Under the pieces are notes generated by a model. That model was not told the DNA's origin and did not search any database. It worked only from the letters and a program-made list of their open reading frames with translations. The position numbers and the translations under genes were made by a program. This document shows, piece after piece, positions 1 through 9,047 of a stretch of 64,000 nucleotides of DNA (position 1 is its first letter; the number at the start of each line of letters is the position of its first letter). This DNA comes from an uncultured Endomicrobiia bacterium (GTDB lineage: Bacteria; Elusimicrobiota; Endomicrobiia; DTEH01). The stretch is from assembly GCA_937936785.1 (NCBI GenBank), contig CALDDQ010000004.1, forward strand, positions 66,801-130,800, read 5' to 3'.

Positions 1-2
1 GA

Positions 3-305
3 TTGAATACTGATTCTTCAGTTAGACGTTTAAAAGGAAGTTTGCGTCCTATAAATAATCAGATAGATAGAGCAAAAATTTTAGATAGTATTAAATTTGT
101 AGATTATGTAGTTTTGTTTTCTGAGGATACACCATTAAGGGTGATTAAAGAGTTAAAACCGGACATTTTGGTTAAAGGTGGAGATTATAAATTGGACAAA
201 ATTGTTGGTTACGGTATTGTGCCCAAGGTTGTGCGAGTAAAACTTGTTAATGGAAAGTCTACAACAGATTTGATAAAAAAAATTAAGAATTTATATAAAA
301 AATAA
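3..305 (+). CDS. 5'-truncated C-terminal cytidylyltransferase domain of bifunctional heptose kinase/adenylyltransferase (HldE/RfaE domain II-like)
   Basis: The translation 'VDYVVLFSEDTPLRVIKELKPDILVKGGDYKLDKIVGYGIV...STTDLIKKI' matches the recalled C-terminus of HldE/RfaE2 (the ADP-heptose pathway). The ORF runs off the window's 5' end. Confidence 0.6.
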   Translation: MNTDSSVRRLKGSLRPINNQIDRAKILDSIKFVDYVVLFSEDTPLRVIKELKPDILVKGGDYKLDKIVGYGIVPKVVRVKLVNGKSTTDLIKKIKNLYKK

Positions 306-325
306 ACAGTTTATAAATTTAAAAA

Positions 326-721
326 ATGGAAAAACAAATTTTGAGAATAATAGATGCTAATTTTAATCGTGCTATTGAAGGTACACGTGTAGTTGAAGAT
401 ATTTTACGGTTTGTTTATGATGATAAAAAAAGTTATTTGCAATTAAGAAATATTAGACATCATCTGGCAAAAATTTTTAGCAATATGTATGAACAACTTT
501 TAACAACTCGTAACAGTAAAATTGATCCAGGCAGAAAAGTTGAAGAAAGAAAATATAAGAATTTAAGTGATATATTAATTTCTAACCTTCATCGTGTTGA
601 AGAATCATTACGTGTGCTGGAAGAAGTTTGTAAACTTGAATTTGTAGAAAAAGTTTTAAAAATAAAAGTGTTAAGATACAAAATTTATGATATTGAAAAA
701 AGGTTGTTAAAAATTAAATAA
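326..721 (+). CDS. Hypothetical protein, possibly a ThiD2-like thiamine-associated domain protein
   Basis: 131-aa ORF immediately upstream of thiC. The motif 'IDANFNRAIEGTRVVEDILRF' resembles the N-terminal domain seen fused to ThiE in some bacteria. This rests on memory of the family only. Confidence 0.35.
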   Translation: MEKQILRIIDANFNRAIEGTRVVEDILRFVYDDKKSYLQLRNIRHHLAKIFSNMYEQLLTTRNSKIDPGRKVEERKYKNLSDILISNLHRVEESLRVLEEVCKLEFVEKVLKIKVLRYKIYDIEKRLLKIK

Positions 722-822
722 AAATTTTTATTAAGATATTAATTTAAAATAAAATATTGTTAAATAAAAAATTTTAAGAATTAGAATAAGTACTATGTAA
801 TAATATTAAATAAGGAAAAATA

Positions 823-2100
823 ATGACAATAATAGAATATCTAAAACAAAAAATATATCCAAAACATTTAGAAACAATTTGCGGGGAAGAGAAAATTTCT
901 AAAGAAACACTTATAAAAAATATTATTAGTGGTAAGATTGTAGTTTCAAAAAATATTAATTCTAAACGCAAATATATAGCCATAGGAAAAGGGTTAAAAA
1001 CAAAAGTTAATGCAAACATTGGTACCTCACCAGACAGTATGAACTTGAGACAAGAATTAAAAAAGATTGATGCAGCTATAAAAGCCGGGGCTGATGCTGT
1101 TATGGATCTTTCAACAGGAGGAGATTTAGATAAAATAAGAAAAGAAGTTTTAGAATATTCTACAATTGCTGTCGGAACAGTTCCGATTTATCAAGTGATT
1201 TGTGATACAGTGTTTAAACAAAAAGAAATTAAAGATGTTGCAGTTAATGAAATTTTTGAAGTGATAGAAAAACATGCTGAAGACGGGGTAGATTTTATTA
1301 CAGTACATTGTGGTGTAACAAAAAAAAATTTAAAAATTTTGAAAAATAAAAAACGTATTTGTGGAATTGTTAGTCGTGGTGGTTCATTTATGGCGGAGTG
1401 GATTGTAAAAAATAATAAAGAAAATCCATTATATGAAAATTATGAAAGACTTTTAAAAATTGCCAGAAAATACGATGTGACACTAAGTTTAGGTGATGGG
1501 TTACGTCCAGGTGCAATTGTTGATGCGAACGATGAAGCACAGATTGATGAGTTAAAAACACTTGCAGAACTTGCGACAATTGCTAATAGAGAAGGTGTTC
1601 AGGTGATGTTAGAAGGTCCAGGACATATGCCATTGAATGAAATTGAACAACATATAAAATTAGAAAAAAGGATAAGCGATGAAAAACCTTTCTATCTTTT
1701 AGGTCCTCTGGTAACTGATATTGCAGCTGGGTATGATCATATAACTTCTGCAATAGGTGCAGCAATAGCAGCTGCTTCGGGAGCAGATTTTATTTGTTAT
1801 GTTACCCCAGCAGAACATTTACGATTACCGGATGAAAAAGATGTTTATGAAGGGGTAATATCAGCACGAATTGCTGCACATGCAGGTGATATTGTAAAAG
1901 GTGTTCCTGGAGCAAAAGAAATAGATATTGAAATGTCAAAAGCAAGAAAAAAATTAGATTGGAAAAGACAGATTATGTTTGCACTTGATCCAAAGAAAGT
2001 TAAAATAGAACGTAGAAAATTTTTTCCGAAAGAAAAAGATGTTTGTTCAATGTGTGGAACATTTTGTGCAATGAAAGAATCTAGTAAAATTGGAATATAA
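823..2100 (+). CDS. thiC: Phosphomethylpyrimidine synthase ThiC (short clostridial-type form)
   Basis: 425 aa with 'NANIGTSPD', 'GPGHMPL' and the C-terminal 'CSMCGTFCAM' Fe-S motif typical of ThiC. Confidence 0.9.
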   Translation: MTIIEYLKQKIYPKHLETICGEEKISKETLIKNIISGKIVVSKNINSKRKYIAIGKGLKTKVNANIGTSPDSMNLRQELKKIDAAIKAGADAVMDLSTGGDLDKIRKEVLEYSTIAVGTVPIYQVICDTVFKQKEIKDVAVNEIFEVIEKHAEDGVDFITVHCGVTKKNLKILKNKKRICGIVSRGGSFMAEWIVKNNKENPLYENYERLLKIARKYDVTLSLGDGLRPGAIVDANDEAQIDELKTLAELATIANREGVQVMLEGPGHMPLNEIEQHIKLEKRISDEKPFYLLGPLVTDIAAGYDHITSAIGAAIAAASGADFICYVTPAEHLRLPDEKDVYEGVISARIAAHAGDIVKGVPGAKEIDIEMSKARKKLDWKRQIMFALDPKKVKIERRKFFPKEKDVCSMCGTFCAMKESSKIGI

Positions 2101-2139
2101 TTTTATTGTAACTGTTTTTAAATATACAATTAGGTAACT

Positions 2140-3066
2140 ATGAATATAAAAGTTAAAGTTCCTGCAACAACAGCAAATTTTGGTCCTGGGTTTGATTGTT
2201 TAGGTGCAGCGTTAGATTTGTATAATGAATTTGAAGTTAAAAAGTTAAAAAATCAAAAGTTGAGAATTGAAGTTTTTGGTGAAGGAGCAGATGTTATTGC
2301 TAAGAATGAAAAAAATATTGTTTACAAAGCAATAAAAAAAGTTTGTTGTATTTGTGATAAAAGTGTTCCAAATATTAGTATAAAAATTGTAAGTAAAATA
2401 CCGATAGAACGCGGGTTAGGGTCATCAGCATCTGCGATAGTTGCCGGAGTGTTATTGGGAAACATTTTATGTGGAGAAAAGTTAAGTGTGGATGAATTGA
2501 TAAATATTGCAACAGAGTTAGAAGGACATCCTGATAATATAGTTGCAGCTATAAAAGGTGGGTTATGTATAGCAAGAGAGGTTAGGGTAAAAGTTAAGAA
2601 TTCAAAAGTTGTCCAGGTTAAATATATTAAATTAAATATGCCAGATGATTTGTGTGCACTAATTTTTATACCTGAGGTAAAGGTTTTGACCGAAAAGGTA
2701 AGAAGTGTATTGCCTAAAGTAATTAATTATGAGTCAGCAGTAAAAAATCTTGGTAATACAGCGTTGTTGATAGCAAGTATTTTAAATAATAAATATAGTT
2801 TAATAAGTTTTGCAATGGAAGACTATTTACACCAACCTTTTAGAAAAAAAATTATGCCTTGGATGCAAGAAATATTTCAGTTGTGTTTAAATAATAAATC
2901 TTTAGGAGTTGCACTTAGCGGTTCTGGATCAAGTATTTTAGCATTATATAGGAAAGAAGTGTTAAACAAAAATCTTGCTGAAAAAATAAAAAAGTTAATT
3001 GATGAAAAAGTAACAGTAGAATATAAAATTTTAAATTTTGTAAAAAATGGTGCACAGTTGATATAG
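2140..3066 (+). CDS. thrB: Homoserine kinase (GHMP kinase)
   Basis: N-terminus 'VKVPATTANFGPGFDCLGAALDLYN' and the GHMP motif 'PIERGLGSSAS'. Confidence 0.88.
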   Translation: MNIKVKVPATTANFGPGFDCLGAALDLYNEFEVKKLKNQKLRIEVFGEGADVIAKNEKNIVYKAIKKVCCICDKSVPNISIKIVSKIPIERGLGSSASAIVAGVLLGNILCGEKLSVDELINIATELEGHPDNIVAAIKGGLCIAREVRVKVKNSKVVQVKYIKLNMPDDLCALIFIPEVKVLTEKVRSVLPKVINYESAVKNLGNTALLIASILNNKYSLISFAMEDYLHQPFRKKIMPWMQEIFQLCLNNKSLGVALSGSGSSILALYRKEVLNKNLAEKIKKLIDEKVTVEYKILNFVKNGAQLI

Positions 3067-3115
3067 ATTATTTATCTTAAATAGTTTATACAAAATTGAT
3101 TTTTTTGGGGGAAAA

Positions 3116-3853
3116 ATGAAAAAAATAAGTCCTTTAGTGATGAAATTTGGTGGTAGTAGTGTGGCAAATGTGGATAGAATAAAAAATGTAGCAAGTATTA
3201 TTATAGAGCAGAAAAGAGTTTTTAAATATGTTGTTGTGGTAGTATCTGCTCCGGGAGATACTACTGATGATTTAATAGAGAAAGCAAATCAAATCACGCA
3301 AAACCCTGACAAACGTGAACTTGATATGTTACTAGCAACAGGAGAACAAATGTCAATAGCATTACTTTCTATGGCTATTAAAGAAATTGGACATGACTCA
3401 ATATCACTTACAGGTCCACAGGCAGGTATTTATGCAGACGAAATTCATACAAAAGCAAAAATTATTGATATTGATACAAAAAGAATAAAAAAATATTTAA
3501 AACAAGATAAAGTTGTAATAGTTGCAGGATTTCAAGGAATAAATCCAAATGAAGATATAACAACCCTGGGTCGTGGCGGGTCTGATTTAACTGCTATTGC
3601 ATTAGCTGCAAAACTTAAAAGTCCAATATGTGAAATATATACAGATGTAGACGGTGTTTTTACAACAGATCCAAGAGTTGTCCCTGAAGCAAAAAAAATT
3701 GATTATTTAACATATGAAGAAATGCTTGAAATGGCAGGTACCGGCGCACAGGTTATGATGGCAAGATCAATTGAAGTTGCAAAAAAATACAATGTAAAAC
3801 TTGAAATAAAATCTTCACTTACAAGAAAATCAGGAACAATAGTTTATAAATGA
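3116..3853 (+). CDS. Aspartokinase, catalytic amino-acid-kinase domain only (no ACT domains)
   Basis: 245 aa. Has 'VMKFGGSSV', 'VVVSA.GDTTD' and 'GRGGSDLTA', and ends exactly where ACT domains normally begin. Its stop overlaps the start of the next ORF (ATGA). Confidence 0.85.
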   Translation: MKKISPLVMKFGGSSVANVDRIKNVASIIIEQKRVFKYVVVVVSAPGDTTDDLIEKANQITQNPDKRELDMLLATGEQMSIALLSMAIKEIGHDSISLTGPQAGIYADEIHTKAKIIDIDTKRIKKYLKQDKVVIVAGFQGINPNEDITTLGRGGSDLTAIALAAKLKSPICEIYTDVDGVFTTDPRVVPEAKKIDYLTYEEMLEMAGTGAQVMMARSIEVAKKYNVKLEIKSSLTRKSGTIVYK

Positions 3854-5373
3854 TAAAAAGAATTTATTGTTTTGTTTTTGCTATTATTTTATTTTTTATT
3901 TCATTGTCAGAAATAAATCTTACAAATTCAGACATTGGAAGACATATAAAAAACGGTGAAATTATACTAAAAAATTTTTCTGTTCCAAAAACAAATCTGT
4001 ATTCGTATACTTATCCAGATTTTACTTTTTATAATCATCATTGGTTAAGCGGTGTAATTTTTTATCTTGTAAAAATCATTTTAGGATTTAAAGGACTTAC
4101 AATATTTTTTTCTATACTAACATTTTTTACATTTTTGTTTTTTATAAAAGTAGTTGAAAAAGATATAGATTCTTTTTGGCTATTAGCAGTAATATTTTTA
4201 TTAACAGTTGTTTTAATTTGTGTAAGAAAAGAAATAAGACCTGAAATTTTTAGTTATCTATTTTCTTCTATTTACTTTTTTATATTATACAAATTTTTAT
4301 ATGAAGAAAAAAATTTTCTTTATATCTTGCCAATTTTACAGATAATATGGACAAACTTACATATTTATTTTGTTATAGGATTAGTTTTAATATTTTTTAG
4401 TTTAGTAGAACTGTTAAGCAAATATTTAAAAAATAAAAGTGAACTAAAAATAAAAAAACAATTAAAATACTTATCCTTTATTCTTTTTTTAAATATTATA
4501 AGTTGTTTAATAAATCCTTATGGTGTAAAAGGAATTCTTATACCTTTTAACATTTTCAAAAATTATGGATACAAAGTTTTTGAAAATCAATCTGTATGGT
4601 TTATTGATAAAGTTGTAAGAAATTATATACCAAATTTAAATTATAAAATATTACTTGGTATTCTTATTTTAAGTTGGGGGCTAAAAATTAAATATAAAAA
4701 AACTAATTTCGCTATATTTAATTTTTTAATCTTTTTATTTTTTAGTATTTTATCATTATTTGCAATACGTAATTTTGCTATCTTCGCTTATTTCTGTATT
4801 CCTATTTTGATATTAAATCTTAAAGACATAAAAATTATAAAGAATAATTACTTTTTGTTTTTCGTTACAACAATATATTTTTTGTTTTCATATAGGATAA
4901 ATTCTTATATTTGGAACTTTGATATTAACTTAATCGGGTTAAAAAAAGGAAATGAATCTGCAGCAAAATTTTTTTTAGATAACAATTTAGAAGGTCCTAT
5001 TTTGAACAATTATGATATAGGAGGATATCTAATTTATTATCTGTTTCCAAAAGAAAAAGTTTTTGTTGACAACCGTCCTGAAGCATATCCTGAAGAATTT
5101 TTTAAGTCTATATATATACCTATGATGGAAGATGAAACTAAATGGTATGAATTGGAAAAAATTTATAATTTTAATTCTATATTTTTTTACCGGCACGATT
5201 ATACTCCCTTTGGACAACAGTTTTTAATTAATCGTGTATTTGATACTAACTGGGCAGTAGTTTTTGTTGATCAAGATTGTATAATATTATTAAAAAGAAA
5301 CGAAAAAAATAAAAAAATTATAGAAAAATTCGAAATACCTAAGGATATTTTTAAAGTAATAAAAACAAAATGA
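3850..5373 (+). CDS. Polytopic membrane protein of unknown function (possibly a GT-C-fold glycosyltransferase-like protein)
   Basis: 507 aa and very hydrophobic, with many predicted TM helices and a soluble C-terminal domain. Start and stop overlap the flanking genes. Confidence 0.5.
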   Translation: MIKRIYCFVFAIILFFISLSEINLTNSDIGRHIKNGEIILKNFSVPKTNLYSYTYPDFTFYNHHWLSGVIFYLVKIILGFKGLTIFFSILTFFTFLFFIKVVEKDIDSFWLLAVIFLLTVVLICVRKEIRPEIFSYLFSSIYFFILYKFLYEEKNFLYILPILQIIWTNLHIYFVIGLVLIFFSLVELLSKYLKNKSELKIKKQLKYLSFILFLNIISCLINPYGVKGILIPFNIFKNYGYKVFENQSVWFIDKVVRNYIPNLNYKILLGILILSWGLKIKYKKTNFAIFNFLIFLFFSILSLFAIRNFAIFAYFCIPILILNLKDIKIIKNNYFLFFVTTIYFLFSYRINSYIWNFDINLIGLKKGNESAAKFFLDNNLEGPILNNYDIGGYLIYYLFPKEKVFVDNRPEAYPEEFFKSIYIPMMEDETKWYELEKIYNFNSIFFYRHDYTPFGQQFLINRVFDTNWAVVFVDQDCIILLKRNEKNKKIIEKFEIPKDIFKVIKTK

Positions 5374-6923
5374 AAAAAATTTCAATTCTTCAGCTAGTTT
5401 TAATATTCATTATAACATTTATAGTTTATAGTAATGTGATAGATGGAAAATTTTTGTTTGATGATGAACATTTTATATTAAGGAATGTCTACATAACTGA
5501 TTGGAAATATATAAAAAATATTTTTTTCTCAAATGTTACTTCAGGAGCAGGATTAAAAGATAATTTTTATCGTCCTTTGTCTACTTTTATGTGGTTAGTA
5601 ATAAATAAAATCTTTGGTTTAAATAACAAAGTTTTTCATATCGCAAATATACTGTGTCATATAACAAATACTATAATAATATATTTGATCATATTCAAAA
5701 TGTTCAACATTAAAACAATATCAATCTTTGCAAGTTTATTTTTTTCTCTGCATCCTGTTAATACAGAAGCTGTATGTTATATTTCAGGTTTAGCAGATCC
5801 GTTATCGTTTATTTTTGTACTTTTATGTATTTATCTTTATATTTTATTAAGAGAAAAAAATGATGTTATAAAAATTTTTATTTTTGTAGCCAGCAATATT
5901 TTAGCAATTTTATCAAAAGAACGTAGTGTTGTTTTACCGGCTTTGTTAATAATAACAGAAATTTATTTTTCTATAAAAGAAAAAACAACATTTTTATATT
6001 TATTAAAAAGAAAAACTTATCTTATAACGACCTACATCATTTCATCTTTATTAAGTATCTTGTGGTTTATATCAAGAATAACAATATTTAATTTCCAAAA
6101 TACATTTAATTTTTTCAAATTACCAAATGTTTATAGCCAGAATTTGTCTGTAAGAATTTTTACATTTTTAAATGCTTTTAAAGAATATTTGAAATTAATA
6201 GTAAAACCATATCCTTTGTATATAGAACGAACAATACCTGTGTTTTTAAATTTTTTTAACTCTCAAGTAATATTAGGATTTTCTTTAATAATAGGATTTA
6301 TGATTTTAAGTATTGTAAAACTAAAAAAATATCCTGAAATTTTTTTTGCTTTTAGTTGGTTTTTAATATGCCTTTTACCAACTTCAGGAATAATACCTAT
6401 CAACTCATTATTTATGGAACACTGGTTATATTTTTCAATGTTTGGGATTTGTGTTTTTGTATCTTTATTGTTAAAAAATTATAGCTGGTTAAAGATTTTT
6501 ATATTTTTCATATTAATAATTTTTGGTATACTTACATATAAACAAACTCTTATTTGGCTTGAACCATATACATTTTTTAGACATATACTTAAATATAACC
6601 CTAACTCAGTTGCTGCAAACAACAATTTTGCAATGGCAGCAGCTGAAAAAGGAGAACTTGAAACTGCAATTTTTCATTACAAAAAAGCAATATCCTTAGA
6701 TGACACTTTTCCACAACCACATCATAATCTTGCAAGAATATATATCTTGATAGGAGAAATTAACAATGCCATTGAAGAATACAATAAAGCTTTAAAAATA
6801 GATCCTGATTTTATATATTCTCATTTAGATCTGTTTAATATATACACTCAACTTAAACAAAAAGACAAAGCAGATTTTCATAAGATAAAAATAGAACAAA
6901 TATCAAAAAAGATTTATGAATAA
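5370..6923 (+). CDS. TMTC/PMT-like membrane glycosyltransferase (GT-C) with C-terminal TPR repeats
   Basis: N-terminal 'FLFDDEHFILRN' matches the F-x-F-D-D motif of the TMTC/DUF1736 family. The protein is multi-TM, and the C-terminal region contains TPR repeats ('AIFHYKKAISLDDTF...EYNKALKIDPDF'). Confidence 0.6.
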   Translation: MKKISILQLVLIFIITFIVYSNVIDGKFLFDDEHFILRNVYITDWKYIKNIFFSNVTSGAGLKDNFYRPLSTFMWLVINKIFGLNNKVFHIANILCHITNTIIIYLIIFKMFNIKTISIFASLFFSLHPVNTEAVCYISGLADPLSFIFVLLCIYLYILLREKNDVIKIFIFVASNILAILSKERSVVLPALLIITEIYFSIKEKTTFLYLLKRKTYLITTYIISSLLSILWFISRITIFNFQNTFNFFKLPNVYSQNLSVRIFTFLNAFKEYLKLIVKPYPLYIERTIPVFLNFFNSQVILGFSLIIGFMILSIVKLKKYPEIFFAFSWFLICLLPTSGIIPINSLFMEHWLYFSMFGICVFVSLLLKNYSWLKIFIFFILIIFGILTYKQTLIWLEPYTFFRHILKYNPNSVAANNNFAMAAAEKGELETAIFHYKKAISLDDTFPQPHHNLARIYILIGEINNAIEEYNKALKIDPDFIYSHLDLFNIYTQLKQKDKADFHKIKIEQISKKIYE

Positions 6924-7464
6924 AAAAAGTTCTGTTTTATTACACATTTGTTGTGGGATATGTTCAATTGGTAGTATACAAAATTTGCAAGAGGAAGGAT
7001 TTGATGTATACGGATTTTATTTCAATCCAAATATTTATCCTAAAGAAGAATATTTGAAACGGTTAGAAGTATTGAAAAAGTTAAAGTCTATTTTTAAAAT
7101 AAATTTAATTGAACAAGGTTATAATTATGAAGAATGGAAAAATTTTTGTACATCGTCAGTAGATTATGAAAAAGAGTATGAAGGTGGCAAACGGTGTATG
7201 TTATGTTATGGGTTTAGGTTAAAGAAGACATACTTTAAAATGCAAGAATTAAATTTAAGTTTTTTTACAACTACACTAACAATCAGTCCATATAAAGATA
7301 GTAAAAAAATTTTTGAAATTGGTAAAAAAATCGGTGGCGAAAGATTTTTAGATATAGATTTTAAGAAAAGAAATGGATTTAAAAAAAGTGTAGATATTTC
7401 AAAAAAGTATAATTTTTATAGACAAAATTATTGTGGTTGTGAATTTAGTATGATTAGAAAATAA
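6916..7464 (+). CDS. queH: Epoxyqueuosine reductase QueH (DUF208)
   Basis: 'LLHICCGICS', 'GFYFNPNIYP', 'GKRCMLCYGFRL', 'FTTTLTISPYKD' and 'YRQNYCGCEFS' match QueH signatures. Confidence 0.8.
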   Translation: MNKKSSVLLHICCGICSIGSIQNLQEEGFDVYGFYFNPNIYPKEEYLKRLEVLKKLKSIFKINLIEQGYNYEEWKNFCTSSVDYEKEYEGGKRCMLCYGFRLKKTYFKMQELNLSFFTTTLTISPYKDSKKIFEIGKKIGGERFLDIDFKKRNGFKKSVDISKKYNFYRQNYCGCEFSMIRK

Positions 7465-7471
7465 ATTTTTT

Positions 7472-8437
7472 ATGGAATTTATAAAAAGGTATTATTCATT
7501 TAATGATTATTTAAGAGAAAAATTTGGTGAGCGGGTACATAGAATAAGTATTGATGCAGGTTTTAGTTGTCCAAATCTTGATGGAAGTTTGAGCAAAGAT
7601 GGATGTATTTATTGCAACAATAAAGCGTTTAGTATGCACTTAAGAAGAAACAGTGATGATAACTTATATAATGAAACTGGCAGGATAGAAGGTATAAAAG
7701 AACAGATAAAAAGCTCAATAAAATTTTATAAAGGAAAGTACAAAATAAAAAAGTTTGTTGCTTATTTTCAGAGTTTTTCTAACACATATGCAGATATAAA
7801 CACACTAAAAAAAACTTATGATGTAATTAAAGAATTTCCAGAATTTGTTGGTTTATTTATCTCTACAAGGCCAGATTGTGTTGATGAAGAAAAGTTAGAT
7901 TTGATAGAAAGTTATAAAAAATATGATAATATCAAAACTGTTTGGATAGAGTATGGATTACAAACTACAGATAACAAAATATTAAAATCTATAAATCGTG
8001 GGCATACATATGAAGATTTTTTAGAAGCGTTAAAATTAACTAAAAGGTGTAATATTAAAGTTGGAGTGCATTTAATTTTAGGTTTACCGGGACAATGTTA
8101 TAAAGATATTATGTCTGATGCGGTTAAAATTGCAAAGTTACCTATTGATGGAATAAAATTTCATGTTTTGCATATATTAAGAAATACATTGTTGGAAAAA
8201 ATATATTATGAAAAAAAAATTAAAATTTTTTCTGATAAAGAATATGTTTCAACAGTGTGTGATTTTATAGAAAGAATTCCCAAAAATTTTGTAATATTGA
8301 GATTAATTTCAAATTCAAAAAAAGAATATTTAATTTCTCCTCAGTGGATTAATAAGAAAAATGAAATTATAACAGAGATTAAACAAGAATTAGAACGAAG
8401 AGATACGTTTCAAGGTAAATTTTTAAGTAAAGATTAA
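7472..8437 (+). CDS. Radical SAM protein, TIGR01212 (YhcC-like) family
   Basis: 'VHRISIDAGFSCPNLDGSLSKDGCIYCNN' is the characteristic N-terminal Cys motif of the TIGR01212 family. Confidence 0.8.
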   Translation: MEFIKRYYSFNDYLREKFGERVHRISIDAGFSCPNLDGSLSKDGCIYCNNKAFSMHLRRNSDDNLYNETGRIEGIKEQIKSSIKFYKGKYKIKKFVAYFQSFSNTYADINTLKKTYDVIKEFPEFVGLFISTRPDCVDEEKLDLIESYKKYDNIKTVWIEYGLQTTDNKILKSINRGHTYEDFLEALKLTKRCNIKVGVHLILGLPGQCYKDIMSDAVKIAKLPIDGIKFHVLHILRNTLLEKIYYEKKIKIFSDKEYVSTVCDFIERIPKNFVILRLISNSKKEYLISPQWINKKNEIITEIKQELERRDTFQGKFLSKD

Positions 8438-8532
8438 CTTTGTAATTTTACATTTTAAACTTGACCTTAGATTAAAAAAATTGTAATTCAAAAAGCTAAA
8501 AGGTTAGAAATTTTTATATCAGGGGTATAACT

Positions 8533-9030
8533 ATGGTTAAAAGAATTCAAAAGAAAAAAATGGAAGAACCTGTCGTTACTGCAGTAACATTTGATAAAAA
8601 TCAGGTGAAGATGTCAATTTTAGATGTTCCAGACAAACCAGGTGTTGCAGCATATATCTTCGGAGAGTTAGCAAGAGAAAATATTAATGTAGATATGATT
8701 ATTCAATCAGCAGCAAGAGAAGAAACAAACGATATTTCTTTTACAATTTCAAAAACAGATTTAGATAAAGCAAAAGAAGTTATGTCAAAAGCAGTTAAAG
8801 AGTTAAAATCAGATGGATTGATTTTTTCTGACAATGTATGTAAAGTTTCAATTGTAGGTGTTGGTATGAAAAGTCATCCAGGTGTTGCTTATAAAATGTT
8901 TAAGACGTTGTCTGACAATGGCATAAATATAGAGATGATTTCTACTTCTGAAATAAAGATATCTTGCATAATAAAAAAAGAACAGTTAGAATTAGCAGTG
9001 AAATCCTTACACAAAGAATTTATCGGGTAA
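8533..9030 (+). CDS. Aspartokinase regulatory subunit (tandem ACT domains; beta-subunit-like)
   Basis: 165 aa. 'EEPVVTAVTFDKNQVKMSILDVPDKPGVAAYIFGELARENINVDMIIQ' is the canonical start of the aspartokinase ACT region. The ORF has its own RBS (AGGGG) and an ATG start. Confidence 0.85.
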   Translation: MVKRIQKKKMEEPVVTAVTFDKNQVKMSILDVPDKPGVAAYIFGELARENINVDMIIQSAAREETNDISFTISKTDLDKAKEVMSKAVKELKSDGLIFSDNVCKVSIVGVGMKSHPGVAYKMFKTLSDNGINIEMISTSEIKISCIIKKEQLELAVKSLHKEFIG

Positions 9031-9047
9031 GTTCTAAAAACTTAAAT

